Positions 42,903 to 52,926 of a stretch of DNA of 64,000 nucleotides are shown one piece after another. The translations under genes and the position numbers were made by a program. The notes under the pieces are model-generated. The model was not told where the DNA came from. It made no database searches and was given only the letters and a program-made list of their open reading frames with translations. Each line of letters begins with the position of its first letter. Position 1 is the first letter of the stretch. The stretch is from an uncultured Pseudomonadota bacterium (GTDB lineage Bacteria; Myxococcota_A; Polyangia; Fen-1088): the NCBI GenBank assembly GCA_963729535.1, contig CAVSOL010000002.1, positions 771,503-835,502 on the forward strand, given 5' to 3'.

Positions 42903-43801
42903 GCGGCCCGCGTGCGGCGCAGGCGCAACGCGGACCACTCGTCCTCGTCGCGGCGCGCCTCCAGCTGGAATCCGGCGGCCTCGTACGCACGCATCACCTG
43001 TTCGACGTCGGTCGCGAGCAGGCCCGACAGGATGACGGCGGCGTCCGGCGCCAGGCACGCCGGGAACGCCGGCGCCAGCGGCACCAGCACCGTCGCCTCG
43101 ATGTTGGCCAGCATGACGTCGCACGGCGGCGACAGCGGCACGTCGGCCAGGCTGCCGACGCGCGCATCGACCGTGGTGATGCGATTGAGCGCCAGGTTTT
43201 CGAGCGTGGTCGCCACCGCCTCGGAATCGACGTCCAGCGCCAGACCGCGCGCCCCCGGCCACAACAGCGTCGCGGCCATCGACAGGATGCCGGAGCCACA
43301 ACCGAGATCCACGAAACGGGCGACGTGGCGATCCGCGAGCTCCTCGGCCATCGCGATCACCAGCCGCGTCGACGCGTGCCCGCCTGTGCCGAAGGCGCGC
43401 CCGGGATCGATGTCGATCACGCGATCGCCGGCGACCGCGGCCTGGGGCTCCCAGCTCGGTCGGATGACGAAGCTCTTGCCCACGCGCTGGGTCTTGAAGT
43501 AGCGCTTCCAGATGTCGCGCCACTCGTCTTCGTGCGCTTCGCGCCGCGCCAGCGTCATCGGGTCCGGCGACACGCCCGCCGCGCGCAGCCGCGCGCAAGC
43601 CGCCTCGACGGCGGCCATCACGTCCGCCTCCGCCTCGGGCGCGGTCAGCGCGACGATCAGCGACCGTCCGCCCTGAACGCGAACGATGGTCTCCGCGTCG
43701 CGGAGCTCCACGCCGCCGGTCAGCTCGCCGACGGCGTCCGCGAGGACTTCGGCCGCCGGCGAAGGAACTTCGATCGCGAGCTCAATCCACATGCCCGGCA
43801 T
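42899..43801 (-). CDS. prmA: Ribosomal protein L11 methyltransferase
   Basis: 300 aa. It has IDPGRAFGTGGHASTRL, the SAM motif VDLGCGSGILS, and MLANI. Confidence 0.93.
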   Translation of the reverse strand: MPGMWIELAIEVPSPAAEVLADAVGELTGGVELRDAETIVRVQGGRSLIVALTAPEAEADVMAAVEAACARLRAAGVSPDPMTLARREAHEDEWRDIWKRYFKTQRVGKSFVIRPSWEPQAAVAGDRVIDIDPGRAFGTGGHASTRLVIAMAEELADRHVARFVDLGCGSGILSMAATLLWPGARGLALDVDSEAVATTLENLALNRITTVDARVGSLADVPLSPPCDVMLANIEATVLVPLAPAFPACLAPDAAVILSGLLATDVEQVMRAYEAAGFQLEARRDEDEWSALRLRRTRAA

Positions 43802-43864
43802 CCCACATTCGCCGCCATTGCCGATGTCGCCCGCGTCGCCGCGGGCGATCGGCGGCCGCTGCGA

Positions 43865-44080
43865 TCAACGAATGATGCGGCGCTTCGCCTCACGACGGCG
43901 GCGCTTCCGCGCCTCGCGCATCTTTCGCTTCCGCTTCACGGACGGCTTCTCGTAATAACGCCGCCGCTTGATCTCCTGCAGGATCCCTTCCTTCGACATC
44001 TTCTGCTTCAGGATCTTGAGCGCCTTATCGACGGAATCCCTGACTTCAACTTCTAGCGGCCGGCCGAGCAATGTTTCCAA
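43865..44080 (-). CDS. rpsU: 30S ribosomal protein S21
   Basis: 71 aa. It reads ..VEVRDSVDKALKILKQKMSKEGILQEIKRRRYYEKPSVKRKRK.. The TTG start has an AAGGAG 6 nt upstream. Confidence 0.93.
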   Translation of the reverse strand: METLLGRPLEVEVRDSVDKALKILKQKMSKEGILQEIKRRRYYEKPSVKRKRKMREARKRRRREAKRRIIR

Positions 44081-44103
44081 ACGTGTCTCCTTGGAAGCTG
44101 CGG

Positions 44104-44132
44104 ATTTGACACTCTCAACCCACCCCCGTCAA
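44104..44132 (-). promoter_or_regulatory. Candidate rpsU promoter (TTGACG-N17-TCAAAT on the minus strand)
   Basis: The -35 is the reverse complement of 44127..44132 and the -10 is the reverse complement of 44104..44109, with a 17-nt spacer. A perfect TTGACA on the plus strand (44106..44111) overlaps it, forming an inverted TTGAC..GTCAA pair. Confidence 0.35.
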
Positions 44133-44285
44133 GCCGCGTCGTCGACGCATTTTCCCAAATCGGTCTTTGCACATCACATCCGGACAGGGTATGAACGCCA
44201 ACGTTTCGAACCGAGTGTTCCGCTGCCGAACCGGGGGGATCGTCAGTGGTTCCGGTTCCACGAGGGTCAAAAAGGAGCTAACAGC

Positions 44286-44474
44286 ATGGTCATGGGGGCC
44301 AAGGTCTTCACTGCCACGAAGGCCAAAGACCGCGAAGAGCTCGGCGAGGTCGTCACCCGCTGGATCCAGGCTAATCCGCGCGCACGCATTCTGGACAAGA
44401 TCGTCACCCAAAGCTCGGACAGCGAGTTTCACTGTCTGACGATCACGATTTTCTACGAGCTCGTAGCGCAGTAA
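44286..44474 (+). CDS. Small hypothetical protein (62 aa)
   Basis: An AGGAG at 44273..44277 lies 8 nt before the ATG. The sequence is MVMGAKVFTATKAKDREELGEVVTRWIQANPRARILDKIVTQSSDSEFHCLTITIFYELVAQ. The composition is protein-like (not a GC-shadow style ORF). It lies upstream of nadK and recN on the same strand. Confidence 0.6.
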   Translation: MVMGAKVFTATKAKDREELGEVVTRWIQANPRARILDKIVTQSSDSEFHCLTITIFYELVAQ

Positions 44475-44533
44475 CCTAGCCGCGTGGGCGTTCATCCCGT
44501 GCGGTGCCAGGCGGCGATGCCGGGGATGCGCCG

Positions 44534-45397
44534 ATGCGGATAGGGTTTCTGCTCAAGCGCGGCAAGCCCGAAGCGCGCCAGCTGGCGGCCGAGCTCGCCA
44601 GCCTGCTCGCCGAGCGCGGTTGCCCCCTGGTCGCGCTGCCGGACGACGTCGCCGCGATCCCCGGCGCCCGCGCCGTGACCGAGGCCGAGCTGGGCACATC
44701 GATCGATGCGCTGGCTGTGCTGGGGGGCGATGGCACCTTCCTCTACGGAGCGGCCCTGGTCGCCGACCACGGCGTCCCGATCTTCGGGGTGAACCTGGGC
44801 AGCCTGGGGTTCATCACGCCCTACGCCCGCAGCGAGGCCGCCAGCGCGATCGTCGACGTCGTCGAAGGCCGCGCGCCGATCGAGGAACGCATCCGCCTGG
44901 CGGTGACGATTCAACCGCCAAAGGGCGGGCCCGCGGCGGCCACGGCGACGCGCAGCGCGGTCAACGACGCGGTGCTGACCCAGCGTTCGATCGCGCGCCT
45001 GCTGGATCTGGAGGCGCGCCTCGACGGGGCCGAGATCGCCACCTACAAGGCCGACGGCATCATCGTGTCGACGCCGACGGGATCGACGGCGTACACGCTT
45101 GCCGCGGGTGGGCCCATCCTGACGCCCGAGGTCCAGGCGATGGTGCTGACGCCGATCTGCCCGCACACGTTGACCAATCGCCCGCTCGTGTTCCCGCCGG
45201 ATTCGCTGCTGCAGATTCGCAACGGCTCCGGTGGATCGGTGACGCTGACCATCGACGGCCAATGGGTGCACGAGCTGGTGCCGGACGCGTCGATCGAGCT
45301 GCGGCGCGCGGCGCAGCCGTTGCGCATCTACCGCTCGCCGCGCGGCTTCTTCGGGATCCTGCGCGAGAAGTTGTCGTGGGGGGAACGCCAGAGCTGA
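44534..45397 (+). CDS. nadK: NAD kinase
   Basis: It has MRIGFLLKRG.., VLGGDGTFL, GVNLGSLGFI, NDAV and ADGIIVSTPTGSTAY. The ORF track begins at a GTG at 44504; I chose the ATG at 44534. Confidence 0.9.
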   Translation: MRIGFLLKRGKPEARQLAAELASLLAERGCPLVALPDDVAAIPGARAVTEAELGTSIDALAVLGGDGTFLYGAALVADHGVPIFGVNLGSLGFITPYARSEAASAIVDVVEGRAPIEERIRLAVTIQPPKGGPAAATATRSAVNDAVLTQRSIARLLDLEARLDGAEIATYKADGIIVSTPTGSTAYTLAAGGPILTPEVQAMVLTPICPHTLTNRPLVFPPDSLLQIRNGSGGSVTLTIDGQWVHELVPDASIELRRAAQPLRIYRSPRGFFGILREKLSWGERQS

Positions 45398-45442
45398 AAG
45401 GCGTGGCAACGCCGCCAGGGTTTGGCCGAAGATGAAGCCGCG

Positions 45443-47117
45443 ATGCTGACGCTGCTCAAGATCTCGGGGTTCGCGCTGATTGATGAGGTCGAGATCGCGT
45501 TCGGGGCGGGCCTGACCGCGGTCACCGGCGAGACGGGCGCCGGCAAGAGCATCCTGGTCGAGGCGCTGGGGCTGTTGCGCGGCGCGCGCGCGGGCGCCGA
45601 CCTGGTGCGCACCGGCCGCGATGAGGCGCGCGTCGAGGCGATCGTCGAGCTTCCCGCCGGATCGCCGGCGCGGGCGCGGCTGGCCAGCGACGGCCGCGAG
45701 CCGGGTGATGCGGACGAGGGTCTGGTCGTCAGGCGCGTCATCGCGCGCGCGGGCCGCGGGCGCGCCCACCTGGGCGGCAGCCTGGCGACGGCGGCGGACC
45801 TGGGCCGGGTCGTGGGTCCGCTGATCGACATCGCCTCGCAGCACGACCAGCAGTCGCTGACCGATCCGGACAGTCAGCTCGCGATCCTGGACGCGTTCGC
45901 GGAGAACGCGGCGTTGCGCGACGAGATGGCGGCGGCGCACGCGGCCGCGGTCGACGCGGCGGCGGCGCTGGCGACGTTCTCTGCCGACGCGCGCGCCCGG
46001 GCCGAACGCGAGGACATGCTCCGCTTTCAGCTCGGCGGAGCTGGACGCGGCACAGCCGGTGGCGGGCGAAGACACGACGCTGGCCGCCGAACGCGAGCGC
46101 CTGCGCGCCGCCGACCGCTTCTTCGCGGCGACGTCGCGCGGCGAGGAGACGCTGTACGCCGGCGACGGCGCGGTCAGCGAGCGGATCGCGGCCGTGCTGC
46201 GCGACCTCGAGCCGCTGGTGGCGCTGGATCCGGCGCTGGCGGCGCTGGCCGAGCGGCTGGCGGAGGCGGCGGCCACCGTCGACGACGTCGCCCGGGACCT
46301 GGGGCGCTACGCGCGCGGCGTGCGGTCGGATCCGGCGCGGCTGGCGGAGATCGAAGAGCGTCTGTTCCTGCTGTCGCGGCTCGCGCGCAAACATGGCGGC
46401 TCCGTGGCCGAGCTCGCCGCACGGCGCGAGGCGCTGGCGGCCGAGCTGGCCGAGATCGGCTCGTACGAAGAAGGGGTCGCGACCCGCCAGGTGGCGGTCG
46501 ACCAGGCGAACGCGCGCGCGGCGGCGGCCGCGGCGGCGCTGTCGACGTCGCGCAAGCGCGCGGCCAGCAGCCTGGAGCGCAAGGTCGGCGCCACGCTGCG
46601 CGAGCTCGGGTTCGCGGCCGGGCGGCTGCCGATCGCGGTCGAGGCGCGGGAGCTGGGCGCGACCGGCATCGACCGCGTCCGCTTCCTGTTCGCGCCCAAC
46701 CCCGGTGAGGAGCCGCGCCCGCTGGCCAAGATCGCGTCGGGCGGCGAGCTGTCGCGCGTCATGCTGGCCGTCAAGCAAGCGCTGGCGCGGACGGACGACG
46801 TGCTGACGTACGTGTTCGACGAGGTCGACGCCGGCATCGGCGGCGGCGCGGCCGAGGTCGTTGGCCGCAAGCTCAAACGCCTGGCCGCCGACCGCCAGGT
46901 CATCGTCATCACGCACCTGCCGCAGGTGGCGGCGTTCGCCGACGCGCACGTCCGGGTCAGCAAGAGCGTCAGTCGCGGGAAGACCCACGTGGCGATCGAG
47001 CCGCTGTCCGCGGCCGAGCGCACCGGTGAGATCGCGCGCATGCTCGCCGGCGCATCACCGTCCGCCCAGGCCGCCGCCCACGCGGACGAGATGCTGCGCA
47101 ACGCCCGCCTGGAGTAA
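45443..47117 (+). CDS. recN: DNA repair protein RecN (one frame break near 46033)
   Basis: The N-terminus is MLTLLKISGFALIDEVEIAFGAGLTAVTGETGAGKSIL. The C-terminal part in ORF 46059..47117 has ASGGELSRVMLA and VFDEVDAGIGG. Confidence 0.9.
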
Positions 47118-47261
47118 AGGGCAACGCGCCTCAGCCAGGCGTGTAAATTGCCCCGACCCCGGTCGCGTGCTACGTGGAGTGACCGGCCATTCCAGAGCCG
47201 GCCCCCCGCTTTCGCAAGGTCGGTATTGGCACGCAGACGACGCAAACGGCGCTCCGGTGAG

Positions 47262-48890
47262 ATGAAGAGGTCGTTGAGGCTGGGCGTCCTGCTGACCGCG
47301 CTGGTCGGCATCAACGTCTACGTATTCTTCTTCAACCGGACCACGGCGCCGCGCGAGGTCCTGAACCTCCAGTCGACGTCGAAGACGTTCGAGGCGTCGA
47401 AGAAGGAGACGCTGGCCGCCGACGTCCGCAAGGCGGGCGAGCTGGTCGCGTCGGCGTCCGGTGACGCGCACCGGCCGGCGCCCTCACCCGCCGCCAAGCC
47501 GCCCTCCCCGGCCGCCAAGCCGCCGGTTGTGATAGCGCCTGCGGTTGAACCCGCGCCTGCGGCCGAGCCCGCGCCTGCCGTTGCGCCCGCGGCCGCCCCC
47601 AAGCCGGCGGCGGCCCCCGTCGTCGTCGCGGCGGCCGCGCCGCCGGTGATTCGCATTCCGTACGCGCCACCGCCCGACTCGGTCGCATCACGCGCGCCTG
47701 CGCCGCGGACGATCGAGATCCCGTTCGCGCCGCCACCGGAAGACGACGGCCCGGCAGCCGACCAGCAGGGGCAACAGGCCGTCGAGAAGCAGTTCGCTGC
47801 CGCCGACACGCTGGGACAGGTGATGGCGCGCGAGGGGTTCGGCGCCGCGGGCCCCAACGTCATCGCCGCGCTCAACAAGCTGGTCGACCCGCGCACGATC
47901 CGCGGCGGCGCGAAATACGTCGTGCACATGGGCGATGACGGCACGCCGGACGGTTTCGAGTATCAGCCCACGCCCGCGCTCCGCTACCTGGTCGAGCGCG
48001 AGGACGGCGCGGACGGCGCGAAGCCGACCTGGACCGCGCGCAAGCTGGAGGCGACGGTCGAGATCAAGACGGTGCACGCGGGCGGCGTGGTCGAATCGTC
48101 GCTGTACGAATCGGTGCAGAAGTCCGGCGAGCCGACAGCGCTCGTCGGCCTGCTGGTCGAGCTGTTCGCCTGGGACGTGAACTTCTACATCGACACCCAC
48201 CCCGGCGATCGCTGGAAGGTGGTCGTCGAAAAGCAGTACCTGGGCGGCCAGTTCTACAAATACGGTCGCGTGCTGGCGGCTGAATACGGCGGCAAGGTCG
48301 GCACGTTCCGCGCGTTCTACTGGGCGGGCAAGGACGCGCCCCGCGATCGCCCCGGCAAGTACTACGACGAAAAGGGGCTGGCGGTCTCCAAGACGATGCT
48401 GAAGACGCCGCTGCGGTTCGTGCGCATCAGCTCCAAGTTCGATCGCAAGCGCCTGCACCCCATCCTGCACGTCGAGCGCGCCCACCTGGGCATCGACTAC
48501 GCCGCGCCGGTCGGAACGCCGGTGTGGGCATCGGCGAGCGGCCGTGTCGTCGAGGCGGCAATGAAGCGCGGCTCGGGCAACACCGTCGTGATCGCCCACT
48601 CGAACGGGCTATCGACGCGCTACTACCACCTGTCGAAGTTCGCGCGCGGGCTGCGCGCCGGCATGCCGGTCAGGCAGAAGGACGTCATCGGCTTCGTCGG
48701 CACCACCGGCCTGTCGACCGGCCCACACCTGCACTTCTCGGTGACCAGGAACGGCGCGTTCGTCGATCCCAGCAAGCTGCAGATCAACCGCGACGCCCCC
48801 GTCCCCGATCGCGGCGCGTTCATCGACGCCATCCGCCCGCGCATCGCGGCGATGAAGTCGATGCAGCTCGGCGCCGTCGCGCACAACTGA
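47262..48890 (+). CDS. M23 family metallopeptidase with an N-terminal anchor and a Pro/Ala-rich linker
   Basis: It begins MKRSLRLGVLLTALVGINVYVFFF (anchor). The LytM domain has HLGIDYAAPVGTPV and TGLSTGPHLHF. Confidence 0.9.
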   Translation: MKRSLRLGVLLTALVGINVYVFFFNRTTAPREVLNLQSTSKTFEASKKETLAADVRKAGELVASASGDAHRPAPSPAAKPPSPAAKPPVVIAPAVEPAPAAEPAPAVAPAAAPKPAAAPVVVAAAAPPVIRIPYAPPPDSVASRAPAPRTIEIPFAPPPEDDGPAADQQGQQAVEKQFAAADTLGQVMAREGFGAAGPNVIAALNKLVDPRTIRGGAKYVVHMGDDGTPDGFEYQPTPALRYLVEREDGADGAKPTWTARKLEATVEIKTVHAGGVVESSLYESVQKSGEPTALVGLLVELFAWDVNFYIDTHPGDRWKVVVEKQYLGGQFYKYGRVLAAEYGGKVGTFRAFYWAGKDAPRDRPGKYYDEKGLAVSKTMLKTPLRFVRISSKFDRKRLHPILHVERAHLGIDYAAPVGTPVWASASGRVVEAAMKRGSGNTVVIAHSNGLSTRYYHLSKFARGLRAGMPVRQKDVIGFVGTTGLSTGPHLHFSVTRNGAFVDPSKLQINRDAPVPDRGAFIDAIRPRIAAMKSMQLGAVAHN

Positions 48891-48920
48891 CCGGCCGACC
48901 GCGCCTGCGGGCGTGCGCCG

Positions 48921-50506
48921 CTACTGCGTGAGCGGCTGGTACGCCGTCATGTCGAAGTAGTTGCCGGTCATCATGAGCAGCGACAGCACTGTCCACGATT
49001 CGTCGTAGTACGCGCCGCCGACCAGCATCTGGCGGGTCGCGACGCGCGCGTAGCTGTCGTTGATGAATGTCTGGTAGGTTGCGCTGCTCATCGCGCCGAC
49101 GCCCGCAGGACCGACGAAGGCCGCGGACTGCTGCGCCAGCGTCGGAGTCCCCGTTGCTGGCGAGAACTGCACGCGCTTGTTGCCGTTCATCTCGTAGCCG
49201 TCGACGATGTTGGCGGCGCCGATGCCGCTGAAGAAGCTGCTGGTCTTGGCCAGGTAGTCGCGGGCGCGCTGCTCACCGAACCAGCACCAGTCGAGCGCGA
49301 TGCGGAACGGCGTGCGGCAGGAGTCGTACTGGTAGTGGAACGGCGTCGTCGGCGACATGCCGCCCGAGCTGGTGCACCACGCGGGGACCAGTCCGTTGGT
49401 CATGTTGCCGTTGCTCGCGTTCAGCGATGCGATGATCGTGTCGTAGGTCGTCTTGATCACCGCGTCCCAGTCGTGGCCGGGGTCGACCTGCTTGAAGATG
49501 CGATAGAAGGCCGGCGCGAAGTACGAGATGTTGATGTGGTTCCACAGGTTGGTCGGCCCCCAGCTGTCGCCGGGCCCCGCCAGCTTGCTGTCGATGATCT
49601 CGTGGTTCCAGATGTTGTTGATCTGGCTCTTCGCCAGGTTCAGGTAGTTGAGCGCGCCGGTCGAGCCCCACTGCCGGTCGGCCATCACCAGCGAGAACGC
49701 GATGTCCTCGTCCGCATCGGTCGCGCCGCCCACGCCTGGCGTCCCCATGCCGTCGGCGGTGATCGACCAGTTCATCAGGCCGTTGCCGTTGAGATGTTTC
49801 TGCGAGTAGTTCCACAGGTCGTCGAACAGCGGGCGGTCGTTCATGTACACCGCCATCATCATCCCGTACGAGATCCCCTCGGAGACCGTCGAACCTGGCA
49901 GGCGTGTACATGTTGACGGGGTCAGAGGGCAGCCGCTGCACGCGGCGAGCGCCGCCGGCGCCGTTCGCTGGTGACGGTGTCGGCCTTCCATTGCTCGTAG
50001 GCTGCGACCACGTGCGAGTTGAGGTAGCCGGTCGGGTAGACGCAGCGCGATGACTCGCGGTTCTGGGGGAACGGGAAGTTGACGCCATTGACCGCGGGCG
50101 TCGGCCCACGCGTCGGCGCGCCACCACCAGAGCCCGCGCCGCCCCCGGAGCCGCCGCGGCCGCCGCCGGCCCACGTGCCGCCCCCGCCCAGGCCACCCGC
50201 GCCCGAAACGCCGCTGCCGGCGACGCTGCCGGCCGTGCCGAGGTTGCCCGCGACGCCGGAGCCGGCACCGCCGCTGTTGCCACCGACGCCTGTGCCGCTG
50301 CCGCCGCCGCCGGACACGACGGTGGTGCCAGCCGCCCCCGTCGTGCCGCCCGTGGCGCCGCCGGCGCTGCCGGCCGCGCCCGCCGTTCCGGCGCCCCCGG
50401 GCGTGCCGTGATGTCCGGTCAAGCCGGTGCAGTCAGCAAGCGAAACGAAGCTCGCGAAGCCGAGGATAAGGGTCGCGATATGCGAAGCGGATTTCGGGTG
50501 ACGCAT
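48921..50506 (-). CDS. Glycoside hydrolase family 8-like glycanase on a Gly-rich tether (two frame breaks, near 49895 and 49960)
   Basis: The signal peptide MRHPKSASHIATLILGFASFVSLADC and a tether of about 125 aa are in ORF 49922..50506. The catalytic part in ORF 48921..50174 reads TVSEGISYGMMMAV..ATDADEDIAFSL..YFAPAFYRIF..DSCRTPFRIALDWCW. Confidence 0.8.
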
Positions 50507-50588
50507 TAAGGGGCTCCCCTCCCGCCGACCACCCAGGGGGTCCGATGACCGACGGCGATCAGACCGCTAGCCCCCTCACTCGGTCAAG

Positions 50589-51869
50589 CTATTTCGCCGT
50601 CTCGTGCTGTCTGAATGCCACGGCGCCGAAGCTGACGACGCTGGCTTCGTCGATATTCCAGTGTTCGTACGCCAGGCGGCGGCCTCGCGTGCTCGGCACA
50701 GCGCGCAAGAACGTGTAGAGCGGCGACGATCCACACCACTTGAGATCGTCGTCGCCGTTCTCGACGACCAGGTTCCAGAAACCCGCCGCGTCACCCGCGA
50801 CCACCCGATCCAGCCGCGCGTCGTCGCGTTCGGCGACCTCGGCCAGCGGCCCCTCGTAGGCGCGGGCCGCGCGCGCGTCGCCGTAGCGGCGGCCGACGTG
50901 CGCGAAGTCGACGCCCAGCACGAAGCACAGCTTCGACCCTTCGCGCGCCGCGATGTCGCCCAGCTTGTCGATGAACGCCGCGACCGTGTCACTGGCCTCG
51001 GGCGGACGGCGCGCGAGCGGCCCGCCCACGAACGCGCCGCACAGCACGGGCAGGATGCGCACGCGCGGCCCGTAGATGTACTGCAGGAAGACCACCTGGA
51101 ACTCGATCGAGTGCTCGACCGCGTGGCAGTAGTCCTCGACAGCCACCGACCGCCGCGCGCCGGCCGCCAGCTCGTCGACCAGCGCCAGCTCGGTGGGCGC
51201 GACGCCGAACGGCGTGGCGAATGGTTTCCGCGTCAGCCCGAAGCGATCGGGCTCGCCATAATGCGACGTCCCCAGCACGACGAAGATCCGCTCGCCGTCG
51301 CCGGGCGGCAGCGCGCGATACGCCGCGGCGTAGCTGGCGCTTCCCCCCTCCGGGCTGACGTGCGGCGCCGCGATGCCGATCAGCGGCCCGCCACCATTGC
51401 GCTTCTTCGCGGCCGGTTTTGCCGCGTCGAAATATCCGCGCAGCTTGCTGGTCAGCGCGGCGCCATCGTCCGGGTAGCCGCTGCCGGAGTGTGCCGGGGC
51501 GCGCTCGGGTGTCGCCGCGAACTCGCGCTCGCGCGCGCCGCGCATCTCCGCGAAGCGCTGGTCGTCGAGGAAGCCGGCGTCGCGCAAGGCGGTGATGAGA
51601 CGCTTGCTGATATCCGCAACCGCCACCTGCCCTGTCAGCCGCGCGAGCGCCGCGCGCAGGTCGCCTTCATCCTGCTCGCCGTCGAAGCAGCCGAGGCAGC
51701 GGGCGAGGATCGGCGGGATGATCAGCGTCACCGTCGAGTACTGGAACGGATCGCGGATCAGCAGTCCCGGCTGATCCGGGACCGGCGACGGCATCACGTC
51801 GAGGTCGGCGCGCAGGCGCGGCAGGGGGGCTGCCATGAAGCGAGGTCTCCCCTCGCTCATAGCACGCAA
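50589..51869 (-). CDS. MEMO1 / AmmeMemoRadiSam-system-protein-B family protein with an N-terminal extension of about 130 aa
   Basis: 426 aa, intact. Family motifs are IAAPHVSPEGGSASYAAAY, VVLGTSHYG, AVEHSIEFQVVFLQY, GVDFAHVG and KWCGSSPL. The N-terminal part reads ..GLLIRDPFQYSTVTLIIPPILARCLGCFDGEQDEGDLRAALARLTG..LITALRDAGFLD. Confidence 0.8.
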   Translation of the reverse strand: MRAMSEGRPRFMAAPLPRLRADLDVMPSPVPDQPGLLIRDPFQYSTVTLIIPPILARCLGCFDGEQDEGDLRAALARLTGQVAVADISKRLITALRDAGFLDDQRFAEMRGAREREFAATPERAPAHSGSGYPDDGAALTSKLRGYFDAAKPAAKKRNGGGPLIGIAAPHVSPEGGSASYAAAYRALPPGDGERIFVVLGTSHYGEPDRFGLTRKPFATPFGVAPTELALVDELAAGARRSVAVEDYCHAVEHSIEFQVVFLQYIYGPRVRILPVLCGAFVGGPLARRPPEASDTVAAFIDKLGDIAAREGSKLCFVLGVDFAHVGRRYGDARAARAYEGPLAEVAERDDARLDRVVAGDAAGFWNLVVENGDDDLKWCGSSPLYTFLRAVPSTRGRRLAYEHWNIDEASVVSFGAVAFRQHETAK

Positions 51870-51884
51870 AGCGCGCCGCGGTAG

Positions 51885-52922
51885 CTACGGACAGGGTGGG
51901 TTCGTGGCGCCGGGGGTGCCGTAGTCGGTCGCTGTGCCGTTCGTGTTGTACGGCGTCATCGCGATGCAGTAGTTCGCCGGCAGGTCATTTTCGATCGCGT
52001 TGTAGTGCGCCGGATCGACGGCGAATGAACGGCCGCCGATCGAGGCCAACGAGTCCGGATAGGCGTACGTATCGATGACCGTCGAGCCGCAGATGAGGTT
52101 GATCTGGTCGCCGGCCTGATTGTCGAACTTGATGCCGGTGTAGATGTAGTCAGGGGTGAAGCCAGGGTTGGCGGAGATGGCGAACGTCTTGAACGTGCGC
52201 GGCGGCATCAAGAGGTGCGTCACGATGACGTGGGGATTGGCCACATCCCGGAGCGTGCACCCGAAAAGATCGAAGGTGACTGCCGGGTCCGGGTTGAAGA
52301 GCTCGAACCATTCCCCGAAGTCGTCGTTGTTGACGACGACAGCGTCGTGCATCAACTCGGTCAGCGACGAGCTGGCCGGCCACCGTCGGGATCACCGCAG
52401 GCGCGCCGCCCGTGCCACCGGCGCCACCACCGCCCGTCCCCGCCACGGCGCTGCCCGCATCACCGCCGCGACCGGCGCTGCCGCCCATGCCGCGCGCTGC
52501 CGCCCATGCCCGCGCTGCCGCCCATGCCCGCGCTGCCGCCCATGCCGGCGCTGCCGCCCGTGCCCGCCATGGCGCCGGTGCCGCCGGCGCCGCCACGACC
52601 CGCGGCGCCCGCTGTGCCGCCGGTGCCTCCGGTGCCGCCACGACCCGCGGCGCCCGCTGTGCCGCCGGTGCCTCCCACGCCGCCTGAGCCGCCAGATCCG
52701 CTGCCACTCAATCCACCGCTGCCACTGCTGCCACCGCTGCCACCGCCACCAATGCCAGCGACACCGCTGCCGCTCGCGCCACCTCCGGCGCTGCCGCCAC
52801 GGCCCGCGCTGCCGCTGCCCGCCTGCCCGCCATCGAACTGCCTGTACATCGCCTCGGTGCAGCCGACGGCCGCAAACAGCGCGGCGGCGCAGCTCGACAG
52901 CAGCAAGCGCCCGGTTCGACAT
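51885..52922 (-). CDS. Lamin-tail-domain (LTD) lipoprotein on a Gly-rich tether of about 190 aa (three frame breaks)
   Basis: The ATG at 52922 gives MSNRA, followed after a break by LLLSSCAAALFAAVGC (lipobox). The tether contains tandem GGSAGM units. The C-terminal LTD reads TELMHDAVVVNNDDFGEWFELFNPDPAVTFDLFGCTLRD.. (ORF 51885..52355). Breaks lie near 52365, 52495 and 52905. Confidence 0.7.
52477..52567 (-). repeat. 18-bp coding tandem repeat (GCTGCCGCCCATGCCCGC), about 5 copies; the first copy carries an extra base
   Basis: Read directly from the sequence. Copy 1 (52477..52495) is 19 nt and coincides with a frame break. Copies 2-5 are 18 nt each. A separate 45-bp unit is duplicated at about 52591..52675. 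Confidence 0.85.
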
Positions 52923-52926
52923 CCGC

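Noticed and set aside
47122-47153. A bulged hairpin GGGCAACGCGCC-TCAGCCA-GGCGTG-TAAA-TTGCCC after recN, considered as a possible terminator.
   Set aside because: The stem is interrupted and no U-tract follows, so I could not support a terminator call.
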